Assembly: GCA_004431415.1 (NCBI GenBank)
Contig: QPMI01000436.1
Span: 124,001-188,000, forward strand
Reading direction: 5' to 3'
Length of the DNA stretch: 64,000 bases
Source: Cyanophora paradoxa CCMP329
Lineage: Eukaryota > Plantae > Glaucophyta
Shown here: one piece after another, positions 22,553 through 33,789 of the stretch
Position numbering within the stretch: position 1 is the stretch's first letter
How the letters are laid out: every line of letters starts with the position of its first letter
The notes under the pieces: model-generated
What the model was told of the DNA's origin: nothing
What the model saw: only the letters and a program-made list of their open reading frames with translations
Database searches by the model: none
Translations under genes and position numbers: made by a program

Positions 22553-25500
22553 ATGAGCAGCGACGACCTCTTCCACGGGGCCTCCATACGGTGCGCTGCT
22601 CCAACAACGTGCTCTGTGCGGCATCAGTGTCGTGTTCCAGGGCCTCCTCTCCGTCCCCCGCCCCTGCAGCTAAGAAACGGCATAAGGCGGATGCTGCGGC
22701 TGCGGCGCGGCGGTGGCGGCGCTTGTGGCGGCATTGCTGACGCGCTGCGCAGCTCCTTTCAAGTAATCAGCGAGCTCCACCGGTCAGGGACGGGCGCGGT
22801 TTACAGGGCGAAGTACCTGAAGGATGGAAAGACCTACGTCATCAAGGAGCGGCGGCAGGCGGAGCTGGGAAAGGTGAGCGGTGTCTCGCGGCGCGCGGGA
22901 GGGCAGGCGAGGGCGGTCGCGTGCGGGGCGAGTGCCGCGGGCCGCTGACGAATCCGCGCGCGGGGCCGCCCCGCCGCGCGCAGAACCGCGATGTGACGCA
23001 TGAGCTCCAGTTGCTGCAGCGGATCCAGCACCCCAATGTCATCCGATGCCACGGCGAGCGAGCCGCCCCTCCCGCCCCCCTCCGCCGCCCTGCGCGCTGA
23101 CCGCGCGCCGGCGCCGCGTGCAAGCAGGACACTTTTGGGACCCCGCGCACCGCGTCCTCTTCATCGTTCTGGAGTACGCGGACGGGGGCGACCTCAGAGC
23201 CTTCGTGGAGAAGCGCGCCGCGAAGCGCGAGTACCTCACGGAGAAGGAGGTGCTCCTCATGTTCGCGCAGGCGCGCCGCGTACCCGTCCCTCCATCCCTC
23301 CCTCCAATCCGCGCTCCTCCCTGATCCTGTACCCCGCAGATCTGCGCGGCGATACAGCACCTGCACGCGCACAACATCGTCCACCGCGACATCAAGAGCC
23401 TGTACCCTCCTCCCCGCCCCGCCCCCCCGTCGCTCTTCCCGCCGCCCCTGTCTCCTCCGCACCGACGCGCGCGCGCTTTCACAGGAACATCCTTATGAGC
23501 AGCAGCGGGACGATTAAGGTGGGCGACCTGGGGGTAGGCCGTTTCAAGAGCGACCAGACCGCCATGCTCAAGTGCGCCGTACCCCTCCTCTTGCCTGTTC
23601 GGGGTACCCCTTTTTGCTTCTTCGGGTCCCGACTGACCGTCCCGCAGCACGTTCTACGGTACCCCCCTGTACGCCTCGCCGGAGCTCTGCCAGAACCAGG
23701 CGCGAGGGGGCCCTCGCCCTTCTTCCCCCCCCGCCCCCCCCTTCCTTTCGCCTGGCTGACTTTCGCCGCAGCCGTACGACGAGCGGACGGACGTTTGGAG
23801 CCTCGGCGTCGTCCTCTACGAGCTCGCCGCCCTCCGGTTCGCGTACCCCCCCTCCACTTCCACCCCCCCTCCCCTCCCCCCCTTCGCCCCTGGTTGACGC
23901 GTCCGTCCCCCGCGCAGGCTGCCCTTCACGGGCCGTACCCTCACGGACCTCGCCCGCGGTGCGCCGCGGGTACCCCCTGCTCCATCGCGTACCCCCGGCC
24001 TCACCCGAGGGGGGTACAGCGATCAACGCGGCCTACTTCGAGCCGCTGCCGCGGCAGTTCAGCCCCCGCCTGCAGTCCCTCGTCGTGCGCCCGTACCCCT
24101 CGCCGCCGAAGCCCGTACCCTGGGCGCCGAGAATCCGTACCCCCGCAGAAGGCGATGCTGAGCAAGGAGTTCGCGAAGCGCCCGACGGCCGCGCAGGTCG
24201 TCGAGTCCACCGCGTGCGTTCCGCGTACCCCTCTTTACTTCCCTCCTCGTACCCCTCTGAGCCCCGTTTCGTTCGCAGGGAGGCGATGCGGGCGCTGCAG
24301 ATTCCGTTGCCGGAGTGCTTACGGGATCAATTGCAAGAGCCCGCCCCGGCCGCCGCGCCCGCCGCCGCCCCGGCGCCGGCCTCCGCCCCGGCCCCGAGGC
24401 CGCGCCCCGCGCCCCGGCTCCCCTCCCGCCCCCCTCGCCCGTTCCCGCCCTCAGGCGACCCTACCCCCCGTACGCCTTCTCCGGGGCCCGAATCCTACTC
24501 CCCGCGCCGTACCCCGGCCGCCCGGCAGCGCCCGGGCCCCCGCGCGCCGCCCGAGCAGCCGGCCCCGCCCGCGGCGCCCCTCCCGCCGGCCCGGCCGGCC
24601 TGGGGGGCTCTTTCGTCCTCGCCCCCCCCCGCCGGCCACCCGCCCGCCCGGGACTCCGAGCCCCCTCCGTCGCCCTCCGCCCCGCCGCCCGCCCGCGAGC
24701 GCCCGCCCCGCCGCTCTCCCCCCGCGTCCGCGCGCCCCTGTGGTACCCCTCCGCCCCCTCCGCCCCCCGTCCCCAACAGCCGCTTCCCGAGCGGAACTCT
24801 ACCCCGGATCCGACCCCGGGCCCGCCCCTCGACCCCTCCCCGGAGCCGTACGCGAACGGCCGCCGTACCCCCACGGACGCCCCGGGGTACCCGAACGGGC
24901 GCCGCACCCCGGGGGACCTGGGCTACGCGAACGGGCGGCGTACCCCCACGGATGCCGCCCCGCCGCGGCCGCAGAGCGGGCTGGGCAGGAGGAGCCCGGG
25001 GCCCGAGCCCGGGGCGCAGCCGCTGGAGGAGGCGCTGGCGGAGCGGGGCACGGAAACGGCCGGCGCCCGCCCGCGGAGCGGGGCGGCGCGCCCCAAGAGC
25101 GCGCGCCTGCGTGCGGTGGGGGACGATTTCCAGCGGGGTACGGCTGCTTCGGGGAGGACGGGCGGGCCGGGAGCGTCAGCCCGCGGCGGGCGCGGCCGAG
25201 CAGCGCCCCTACGGCCGTTCAGCGCGCGCGGGCGGCGGCGCCGGAGCAGCAGCAGCGGCCGCCGCCTCCTCGGCCGACGTTGGCCCAGTGCCCGCCGGCC
25301 CGTCGCCGGCGCCCGCGGCCGGCCCCGCCGCCCGCCGCCCCTCCCTTCGGCCGCGCCGCCGTCGGCCTTGCAGGGCGGGGCGCCGCGGGCGCCGCGGGCG
25401 CCGCTGCAGCCGGCGGGCGACGACGCAGCCGGCCACGAGCCGCGCTTCGAGCGGGTTGCCGTCCGCGAGGCGAGCGAGGCCTCCCGATCGCCCCGCCGCC

Positions 25501-26115
25501 TCCTTTCTGACGCGGCGAGCGCGAGCAGGTCGCCCCGCTGACGCCGGCCGCCCGCGCCGCCCTCCCCACGCCCCGCCCCGGCCCCTTCCGGCGCCCGCCC
25601 CCGCGGCGCCCGCCCCGCCCGCCCCGCCCGCCCGCCACTCCAGCCCTCCGTCACCTTCCAAGACCCGCCCCGTCCCAACGTCCTGCGGAGGCCGACGGGC
25701 CGGAGCCGGCGCCGGCCCGCCCCGCCCGCAGAGCGCGCCCCTCGCGCGGCGGGGCGCCCCACCGGAGACGCCGCCGCCGGCCGCGGCGGCCGCGGCCCGC
25801 CGCCCCACGAGCCCCCGCGAGCGTTCGGAGACGCCGAGGCCCGCCCGCGCGTCCCGCCTCCGCCCGCCTTCCGGTGCCGCCTCGCCGCGCACGCGCGCCG
25901 CCGCCAGCGCCGCCGCCTCTCACCACGCATGTGCGCAGGCGGCGCTGCCGGCGCGGCCGAAGGGCGCGCTGCGGCTGAGCGCGCGGGAGCGGCTGCCGCC
26001 CTACGTCGCCCACCTGCGCGCCTCGGGGGGGTACGCCCACTTCGACGCCCTCGTCGCCCGCCCCGTCCTCGCGGGGCCGGCGCCCCGCCCCGCCTCCGCC
26101 GGGCCCCGCCGCTAG
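22553..26115 (+). CDS. NIMA-related (NEK) Ser/Thr kinase with a long Pro/Arg-rich tail
   Basis: YVIKE..., IQHPNVIRC, LFIVLEYADGGDL, HNIVHRDIKSL|NILM, IKVGDLGVGR, TFYGTPLYASPELCQNQ|PYDERTDVWSLGVVLYELAALR|LPF, KRPT. The tail exon structure is uncertain. Confidence 0.92.
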
Positions 26116-26430
26116 CCGGCCGGCCGGCCACAGGCCGGCTCCCCCAGGAGACAATCGCGATTATTGTTTGCGCCCTTCAATAGCAATTTTTATGCAGGTT
26201 AACGTTGGCCGCCCGGCCGCGACGCGCCTCCGCGCCGCTCCGGTCCGCTGCCCGCTGCGCCTCAGTGCCGCGCGGCGAGCCGCGTCGACGTCGCTACCAC
26301 CGTGACTCCGCCGCATGCGCAGCGCCCCACCCAGCGCGGGGCGAGAGAACGGTTGCATGCGCACGGAGGGCTGCAGTTATATATAGAGCGCTTCATAATA
26401 TGCTTGTCTAAGAGACTGGGAGGACCGCCG

Positions 26431-26481
<51 letters not shown>

Positions 26482-26615
26482 GGGGGGGGGGCGCCCTGCA
26501 GCTGCGCCTCGCTTCTGCGGCTTATTTGGCTATATATATGATTATATAGATATACATGGAATCAGCAGCTGGTATACGTACGGTTTCCGCGGAGTCCGGA
26601 GTCGGCGTCCGCTTT

Positions 26616-28530
26616 TTAATTATAAACCGTTTGAACGATCGCGTTGGCGAACAGAGAATCGTGATCGGTCTGCGTGTAAGACGCGTCCGTTTCCTCGTAT
26701 TCATCAAGCTCCAGCTCAAAGTCCTCGTTCTCAATCGCGAGCTCGTTTGGGAGCTCGAGTTCCACATCAGCAGACGATTCGAATTCGGAGACTTCAACCT
26801 GCGCATGCGCATGCCAATCAAAACGTATACGTATTACTCCGAATTCGAATGCTCAGCTAATGCATGCATACATATAATCTAGATTGCAAATTTAATTGAT
26901 CATGCATGTGCAGGGCATGCGCATAGATACATACCTCATGAGTCGCATTGTCCATCTGGCACTGTGTCAGAAGAGAGCCAGAAAGACATTTTAAAGGACT
27001 GAATCAGGGGCGCACTTGATTTACAGTGAATTTGTTCATGTCGATGCACTGCGAAAGAGCGATATCGATAGTGACGAAGACGTTCAAAATCAATATTTTG
27101 CGTGTGTTTCAAGTTTGTATAATATCATTACTTGTTACGCACTCTCGAGCCTTTAGTGCCACCGAACTGAATGCGATCGCGCCGGGCCGCGATTAATATT
27201 GGAGGGAAAAAGTCAAATGGCATAAAGTGAACTTCAGCGTTCATGATCGATGTCATCGGATCGCGCACCTTCCAGCAAGTTCCGCTCTTGCAGTCGTTAT
27301 TGGTCACGCATCGCTGGCCGTCTCCGCACTTCACGTTGGATCCGGACGAGGCACAATGACCACCACAGTCAACGTCAGTTTCGCAGGGTTGCTGGCGAGC
27401 GCGATATCGTCAATGGACAATCAAAAACAATCCTGGGAAGGGGTGTGTTTACAGTTTCACAGCGAAGTCCTCTGTCGTCGTCATCATACTTGTTGAAGCA
27501 GTGCGCATTCGTCTTGAGCGGCACTTTCTCGGCCCACACCAAGTGGGTCTTGTGTGAAACATCGGCCTTTAATTTAAATTTCAACATCCAATGATATCGA
27601 TGCGAGGCGCCGTCAGTGTGAGCATGGTCGACAATGAATATTTAAGTAGCCGAAAATCGCTCACATCCAAGTTCATGCAAATCGGACCGACGATGGGCTT
27701 GGCGATGATTTTAGCGTCGTCGAAGTGAAACTTGCCCTCTTTCGATGCCTTATCGAACCAGGCTTTTATGGTATCATGCGACTTTCCGAATCCGGGTACG
27801 TAGCCCCACTATTCGAGGTCGACACAGTTAGACGATCAGAAGTGTTTTGGCGTGTATTTTTAGCGTTTTTCTAGAATCTAAAAATGCAATTTGGGGTCGG
27901 CGACGGGAGGGTTTGGGGCTCACGAAGTCGGGTAATTTGAGCGTCCCCCAGGTGAAACCGCCTACAATAGTCACCTTGTACCTGTTCATTCCAACGTCAA
28001 CGTTATCGTGTCAAGATGTTCCAAACGGAACGAGTAATCAAATCAGAAGTTTTATCAAGTGCGTGCCCGTCTTTAACGCAGATGGATTCGCCAAACTGAG
28101 CTTCGTATTCTTGCTGCGTGCACGTGGTGTTTGCGAATCACGATCAGCGTCTCCCATGCAGTATATAGTAATTTATATTCACAATAATATATCACTAGTA
28201 CTCAGCATCTAGAAACGTTCTCTATTCATTTATTACTAAGTTAAATCTCGTCCTAGGGTTTAAATCAAATTAAAGGTTCACCAGTGGAGGATCATTGACT
28301 TGACGAGGGGTCGATCCGTTATTTCCGCTTTGACCCCATCCGCTACAGTTATCATCATCGAAAAGTCGGTACACGTATCCCTTGTCGCGCTCGGCTCCTT
28401 GGGGACCGTCAGCCGAAGGAGCGTAATCAACCTGCCAGGGGCGCGCGCAAAGCATGAGCATTTGGAACGGACTTGCCAGTTGGCAATCGTCGCGGCGCCC
28501 CAGGCCCCGAAATTGTTTCAAGTACGTATA
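26616..28530 (-). CDS. Hypothetical protein with a Cys-rich ETDVDCGG module and an acidic C-terminus (5' end not resolved)
   Basis: In-phase exons: VDYAPSADGPQG..., QEYEAQFGESICVKDG|YKVTIVGGFTWGTLKLPDF|WGYVPGFG...PICMNLD|ADVSHK...HCFNKYDDDD...|CETDVDCGGHCASSGSNVKCGDGQRCVTNNDCKSGTCWK|...|VEVSEFESSADVELELPNE...TVYN*. Confidence 0.65.
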
Positions 28531-29530
28531 CTAGTGAGCGTGTCGCTCGCGTATACGTAAGATTATCGGACCACGCTCCGAGGCTCCGCGGCGTACAGAC
28601 CTGGTCGTGCACTGCGCATGCGCTCAGCCCAGATCATGATCAGAATCGCAAACCAGAATTAGGCGCAGATCTGATCATAAGCAAAGGGCCCCCGGACGCG
28701 CACCTTTACCCCAATCAGTGCTGTCCGGTCTTGAGGTACAGCCCGATCCGGATCCGGAGCTGGAGCCTGCAGAGCTGGAGCTCGAGGTGCCTCCCATGTC
28801 ACAGATGCTGCAGTGCCGATGTCTGTATCTCAGAGACTACGAGTAGACCGAAGGCCAGCTGCAGCCGAGCGCTGAAACGTAAGTATAAGTCTGAAGTCGG
28901 CTTAAGCTTGAACTCTGAGCCGTTGCAATTGCAATTGAGCTCTCACAACCTCGAGCTCTCAGACGCGTGACCCTCGGACGTCCATGAGAGCGGGAAGCTA
29001 GCTGTACAGCCTGTACGTTACTGTATAATTAGAGCCTAGATCCTCAAGGCTACTAGTAGCCTGCTAAAGCTACCCTACGTGAGGATTACCATCACCCAAC
29101 TTGTGACACAACGTCACCCAAGTACATCACTGTACATCATCATCGTAACAGTACATCATGGCATGTACAAGATATATATCGATGTCGATCGGTATCGCCA
29201 CTGGTTCGCCTGGCTTCGCCATCCCAACGGCAACGTCGGCATTGACTCGGCAAGGGCCGAAGCTCAATTGCAACTTGCAAGCCGGGCCGTTAACGTTCAA
29301 CCGTTGAACGGTTGTCGCCGAAGCCGGGCCGGCCGTTCAATGGTTGTCGACGCCGGCCGAATCCCGTGCCGAATGAATCGGATACGAGCTGGTGTGCACG
29401 TGACAGTGGTGACTGGTGTGAGACCGTGTGACACAGTGACACTGGTGTCCGAATCGATATCGATATCGATATATATATATATATCGATCCCTGAGTCACT
29501 TGCAATTGACCGCGTTGATTCTAGTGCTAA

Positions 29531-30617
29531 GTTGCTCCAATAATTGGACCATACTATGATAATCATTGAATACCCGTTGCTCCAATAATTGGACCATACT
29601 ATGATAATTGCAAGGGGGGAAAAGAAGACCGAAGGTCTTCCCCCCCTTGCTTCCCGTTCCCTCGCTTCAGCCAAAACTTTTCTATGAGGCCGTTTTCGAG
29701 GTCCAGTTTGCAACACCGGAAAAAAATGACGGGTTATTCGCGTTCGGATTGGCTCGGTGGACCGGTCAGCTCTCGACTTTCGAGCGTCGAATTAGAGGGG
29801 GAAAAGTGGTTTTCGAGGGGAAAACTAACTTCTCTCTAACTCCGGTCTTCGAATTCCTTGCGCGGTTCTGCATGGAACCAGTTCTCCCTAGCTGTCTCCT
29901 CTAGATTTCGGCTTCCTCGCAGTGCGTCGCGTACGCCTTGCTCTTCGTTGCGCAATTCTGCATGGAACCACTTCTCTCTACCTGTCAACGTCTCCTCTAG
30001 ATTTCCGCCTAGAAACTGCTTGCGTTGCTGCCTGCGCCGCTGCAGCTGATCGCAGCCGAGCACGCCCGGCCGGCCAGATCTAGACCGTACTCTCTTGCTG
30101 CGCTTATATCGAGCTTATATCGAGCTTATATTGCAGAACCGCGTGTGCCGGCCGAGCACGCCGGCCGGGCCGGGCGCTCGGCGCTCTTGTTGCGATCGGC
30201 ACCCGGACAGCAGACTAGCTATAGTTCGTGTCCTGCGTGCACGCCGCGTGCAGCCCTGTGTTGCGCCGCCGGGCCGCGTGCACGTGCGTGCGCCCCCGCC
30301 GCCTGCTACCCGGCCTGGGCACTGCCTCCGGACGCGCCGCTGCACGCCGCTTTCCGGTCGTTACGGATCCAGCTTCTGGTAGCTATCGTCGCTCCGAGCC
30401 TTGCCGGGCCAGATGCCGCTCTGTGTCTATCTTTAATTTACTAATTCAACCTGCCGCGCGCGCTGGGCCGGGGTCGATCTACATCTGCCCCGTGCATGTT
30501 CGTGCCACTACTACTCTTTCATTAGATCCCGATTCCCCCCTTGCACCCCCGGCGCGCCAAACGCGGCCGGGCCCCTAGTCATTGAATAATTGGACCATAC
30601 TATGACAATCATTGAAA
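29531..30617. repeat. Minisatellite aataattggaccatactatgataatcattg (3 copies) interrupted by the element
   Basis: Copies start at ~29539, ~29584 (split by the insertion) and ~30585. Confidence 0.9.
29608..30578 (+). mobile_element. Non-autonomous Helitron/Helentron (HINE)-like element, ~970 bp
   Basis: 13-bp subterminal inverted repeat (29609-29621 vs 30533-30545), 5' hairpin 29610-29650, GC-rich 3' stem-loop 30548-30571, and terminal CTAG (30575-30578). It is inserted between A and T of the flanking repeat gataa|tcattgaa with no target-site duplication. Confidence 0.7.
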
Positions 30618-30809
30618 TGCTTTTTACTTTTCACTATTAACGTTGACGCGACGTCGACGTCGACGTTTCTAGTTCCATTAATTTGTGCAACTGTGTACGT
30701 CGTGACGGTACGGTTGATTTTACTAATTATAAGTTGATTTTTACTTTAGCGTAGTACCTGGTACCCGGTTCAAGGGCCGGTTGTGCAGTGTGCACAGTGC
30801 ACGCCGCTG

Positions 30810-31780
30810 CACGCCTGCAAGCGGTTACCAGGAGCCGCAGGGATTTCGTGAAGGGGTACACTATAGCGAAAGCGATCGGAACGTGAAGGGTTTCGCTGAA
30901 CTTCGGAACGTGAAGGTTGACATTCGCGATCGGCCGCGGTACCGTACGCGTGCCACGGTGTAAAATTATATTACCGTAGTACCGCGCTGACATATAGCTT
31001 ATACTTAATTTATAACTACCGTGTTGTGACCGCGCTACCATATTGCCGCGCTCAAAATTAAAGTTCTTGAACGCGGTAATTTGGTGGCGCAGTAATATTA
31101 ACTGTCTTTTGCTAACACTTTTCGAATTCTATAGGCAGTTTGATGGAAACGTCGGAAGAGCTAGCTATATAGAAGTATTTAGTGGGCTGCATATTTATAG
31201 TACTGAATGTGTTTGGGCGATGCACTAAATATTTCTCGCCTGCTAAAGCCGGGATGGGATTTCTTAGGGGTAGCCACCGTAGCCCTAGATAGCCCCGTCG
31301 ACGTCAGACTCTGAGAGGGTCCGTCTTCAACACACAAACTTTTAAATTTGAAGCCCTGCGAAGACTGTCAGGACTCCGGGGCCGCGAGTACCGTGGTACT
31401 ACTAGGCTAGACGCCGCTAGAGCCGCTAGACTACTGCTACTAGTCTGCTAGTAGTAGTCCGCGACCCGCAACTGGGCCGCAAGTGCAGTGCACGGTCCGG
31501 ATCCGCGCGCGCACCGAGCCGCGGCCGGCGCCGCGCGCGGCCGCGGCCCCGCGGTACCGGGTAACTGCAGCTGCGGCGGGTAATCATATATATGCATTGA
31601 ATGCAGCCTGCAAGCGGCTACCAGGAGCCGCAAAGATTTGGCAAAGGGGTACACTATAGCTAAAGCTGAACGTGGAGGTTGACATATATATGCATATAAA
31701 TTGATATACTATGATAATGGAGAGCTGGATATATTTAGTGGGCTGCTTATTTATAGTACTAAAAGTGTTTGGCGATTGCA
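30810..31780 (+). repeat. Degenerate direct duplication, possibly a decayed gene fragment
   Basis: ctgcaagcgg(t/c)taccaggagccgca...ggggtacactatagc at ~30815 and ~31608; tatttagtgggctgc(a/t)tatttatagtact at ~31177 and ~31732. Confidence 0.8.
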
Positions 31781-33789
31781 CATGTGCGATTGAAAAGATG
31801 AATTCGAAAAGTGCGATTGAAAAAAACGATGAAGCGTTCATACGAGAAAAACAGTTGTTTCTTTACTTTTTACTTCAGACGCAAGCGAACACTTGCGGAA
31901 AAAATCGGTAAAAACGGCCGGCTGTCAGGCGGCTGATCATGACTCGGGCTGAGTCCCCGATTTCTATTGGCTGGTCCTCGGTCTGTCAGACCGGGCCTGC
32001 GGCAGTACAAAGTGAACATGACGCTCGCTCGCGCTGCGGCAGTACAAAGTGAGCGACTTCAAGCCCGAGGTGGTGCGCATGCAGATGCATATGCATATGC
32101 GTGCACAGTGCACGTACCACACGCGAAACATTAGTACTACTGATTCCATGTGTACCACTCGCTAATATTGAGTTGATCGATCCCCCGTGATTCAATGATT
32201 TGCAGGAAGCTGATGGCACAGTCGTTTACAAGCTCACCCTGCCGGCTGCAATTGTCTCTGCGCCCCAGGTGCAACCGTGCGATGGCGATTATATTATCAT
32301 TATTTATATTTGAGGCGACGTCGCATTCGATCATAAATATGCGAGTCTTTAAATCGATTGCCCATCTCTCTGACATAACTACTCGCAGGCGGGCCAGCAG
32401 TTAGTCGTCTACATCGTCAATGCGGCGGGGTTGAGGCGGGAAGTTCGGTCAGCGTCGAGAATTCCGGCAGCGCTGTCGTCCTGAAGTTCAGTGCGCGCCC
32501 CCCACTTCCAATTCGTTAACGTTGTTCAATGTAAACCTCGCAATTTGACCTCGCGCTCTTCGGCAGAGGCGCCGCAGCTCCGCCGCAGCCTTCTTCAGTT
32601 CTCCGTGAATCAGGACGTGAGCTCTAGATTTTCAGCCCTCGCGGCAGCCGTTTGAATTAATATTTTGCTTTAATTTCCGCTCACATCGAGTTCGAATTTC
32701 GAACAGTATGACCTCCGAGTCGAGCCCGCCCCGGGGCAGCCAGCCTCTGCCCCCATCATCATCGCCAAGGTAACTACGTATACGGTTAGAATTTGAAGAG
32801 TCCTAAATGACCGCGAGCGTAACTTGCAAGCTTATGGCGCTTTCGTTAAGGCAAATGTTCTAGCCATAGCCTAGTTGCCAATATTGCAATTGTGCGACGG
32901 CATTCGTTGTGATCGTGACGACAACACTGCATTTACATTAATGAGGATAACTTGTTATTGAAGACTAGGTGATCTTGAGCTAGCGCAAGTCAACAGAACT
33001 TGGATATTGATTACGATTCCCGCCTCGTCGAGAATTGAATCCAGCTTATAATTATATTCAATTAAGCGGTCTGGTTCCGCAGGCCTTCAGGTGGACCCCA
33101 GTGTCCAGCGCTAGCGTCGCCAGCGTGCCTTACCTCAGCTCGGGCGCCTCCCCCTCCACCTTCACGCGTACGGTACGGGCACGCCGCCTCCACTTTGCGA
33201 TCGGCTCCGGATCGATCCGCTTGATTTTGCACTCATGGTCGTCATCGCAGGAACCTCTTGCAATTGGCTTCTTGCTGAGCGCCATCGTGTTGGTCATCTT
33301 GGCGTGATATTCATCGGGCCGCTCAGCGGCTTGTAATTCAACACGCCGATTTCGGCTAAGATAAAATCCGCAAGACATATGCATGATCATGAATTGCCTC
33401 TCTTTTCTTTCGCGTTTCGAATTCGTCCACGTGTTAGATCATTCGACATCGGCTTGTCGCAGCACTCCATATCTGACATGTGCGTGTGCGTGCGGCTTTA
33501 GCTTAGATAATCAGCTGTAGACCCATGCGCTTCTCACAGTACACGCGCAACTTCGCTTCCGTCTGAATGCTCTTGGGGTGCATGAATGCGAAACATCTAG
33601 ATCTGAGTCACTGAGTTGCAATATTAAAAATGGAGGGCCGCAAAGCCCCGCCGCCGCGGCCATATTATTACTACGTATGCGCACGTGCATTTTGCAACAG
33701 ATCAGCACTAGTAATACGGATGCGCGCGCGTAGTGTACGCAATATTTACGCTGCATTTCATGCAGAACACACGCCGCGCGGCGCTCGAA

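Noticed and set aside
23000-26131. Long 400-850 aa Pro/Arg/Ala ORFs in the ORF track
   Set aside because: Stop-poor GC-rich shadows that read through introns of the NEK gene; the same applies to most long ORFs at 38.8-40.3 kb and 49-50 kb.
26428-26492. Poly-C followed by poly-G (also poly-G at 1764-1794) as a functional hairpin
   Set aside because: Homopolymer lengths are unreliable and may be assembly filler; no other support.
29531-30617. Direct repeats as a CRISPR array or as a target-site duplication
   Set aside because: Eukaryotic context, only three irregular copies and no unique spacers; better explained as a minisatellite split by an insertion.
32400-33400. Possible minus-strand exons (LIHGELKKAAAELRRLC..., AAERPDEYHAKMTNTM...)
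   Set aside because: No consistent gene model or recognisable domain could be assembled.
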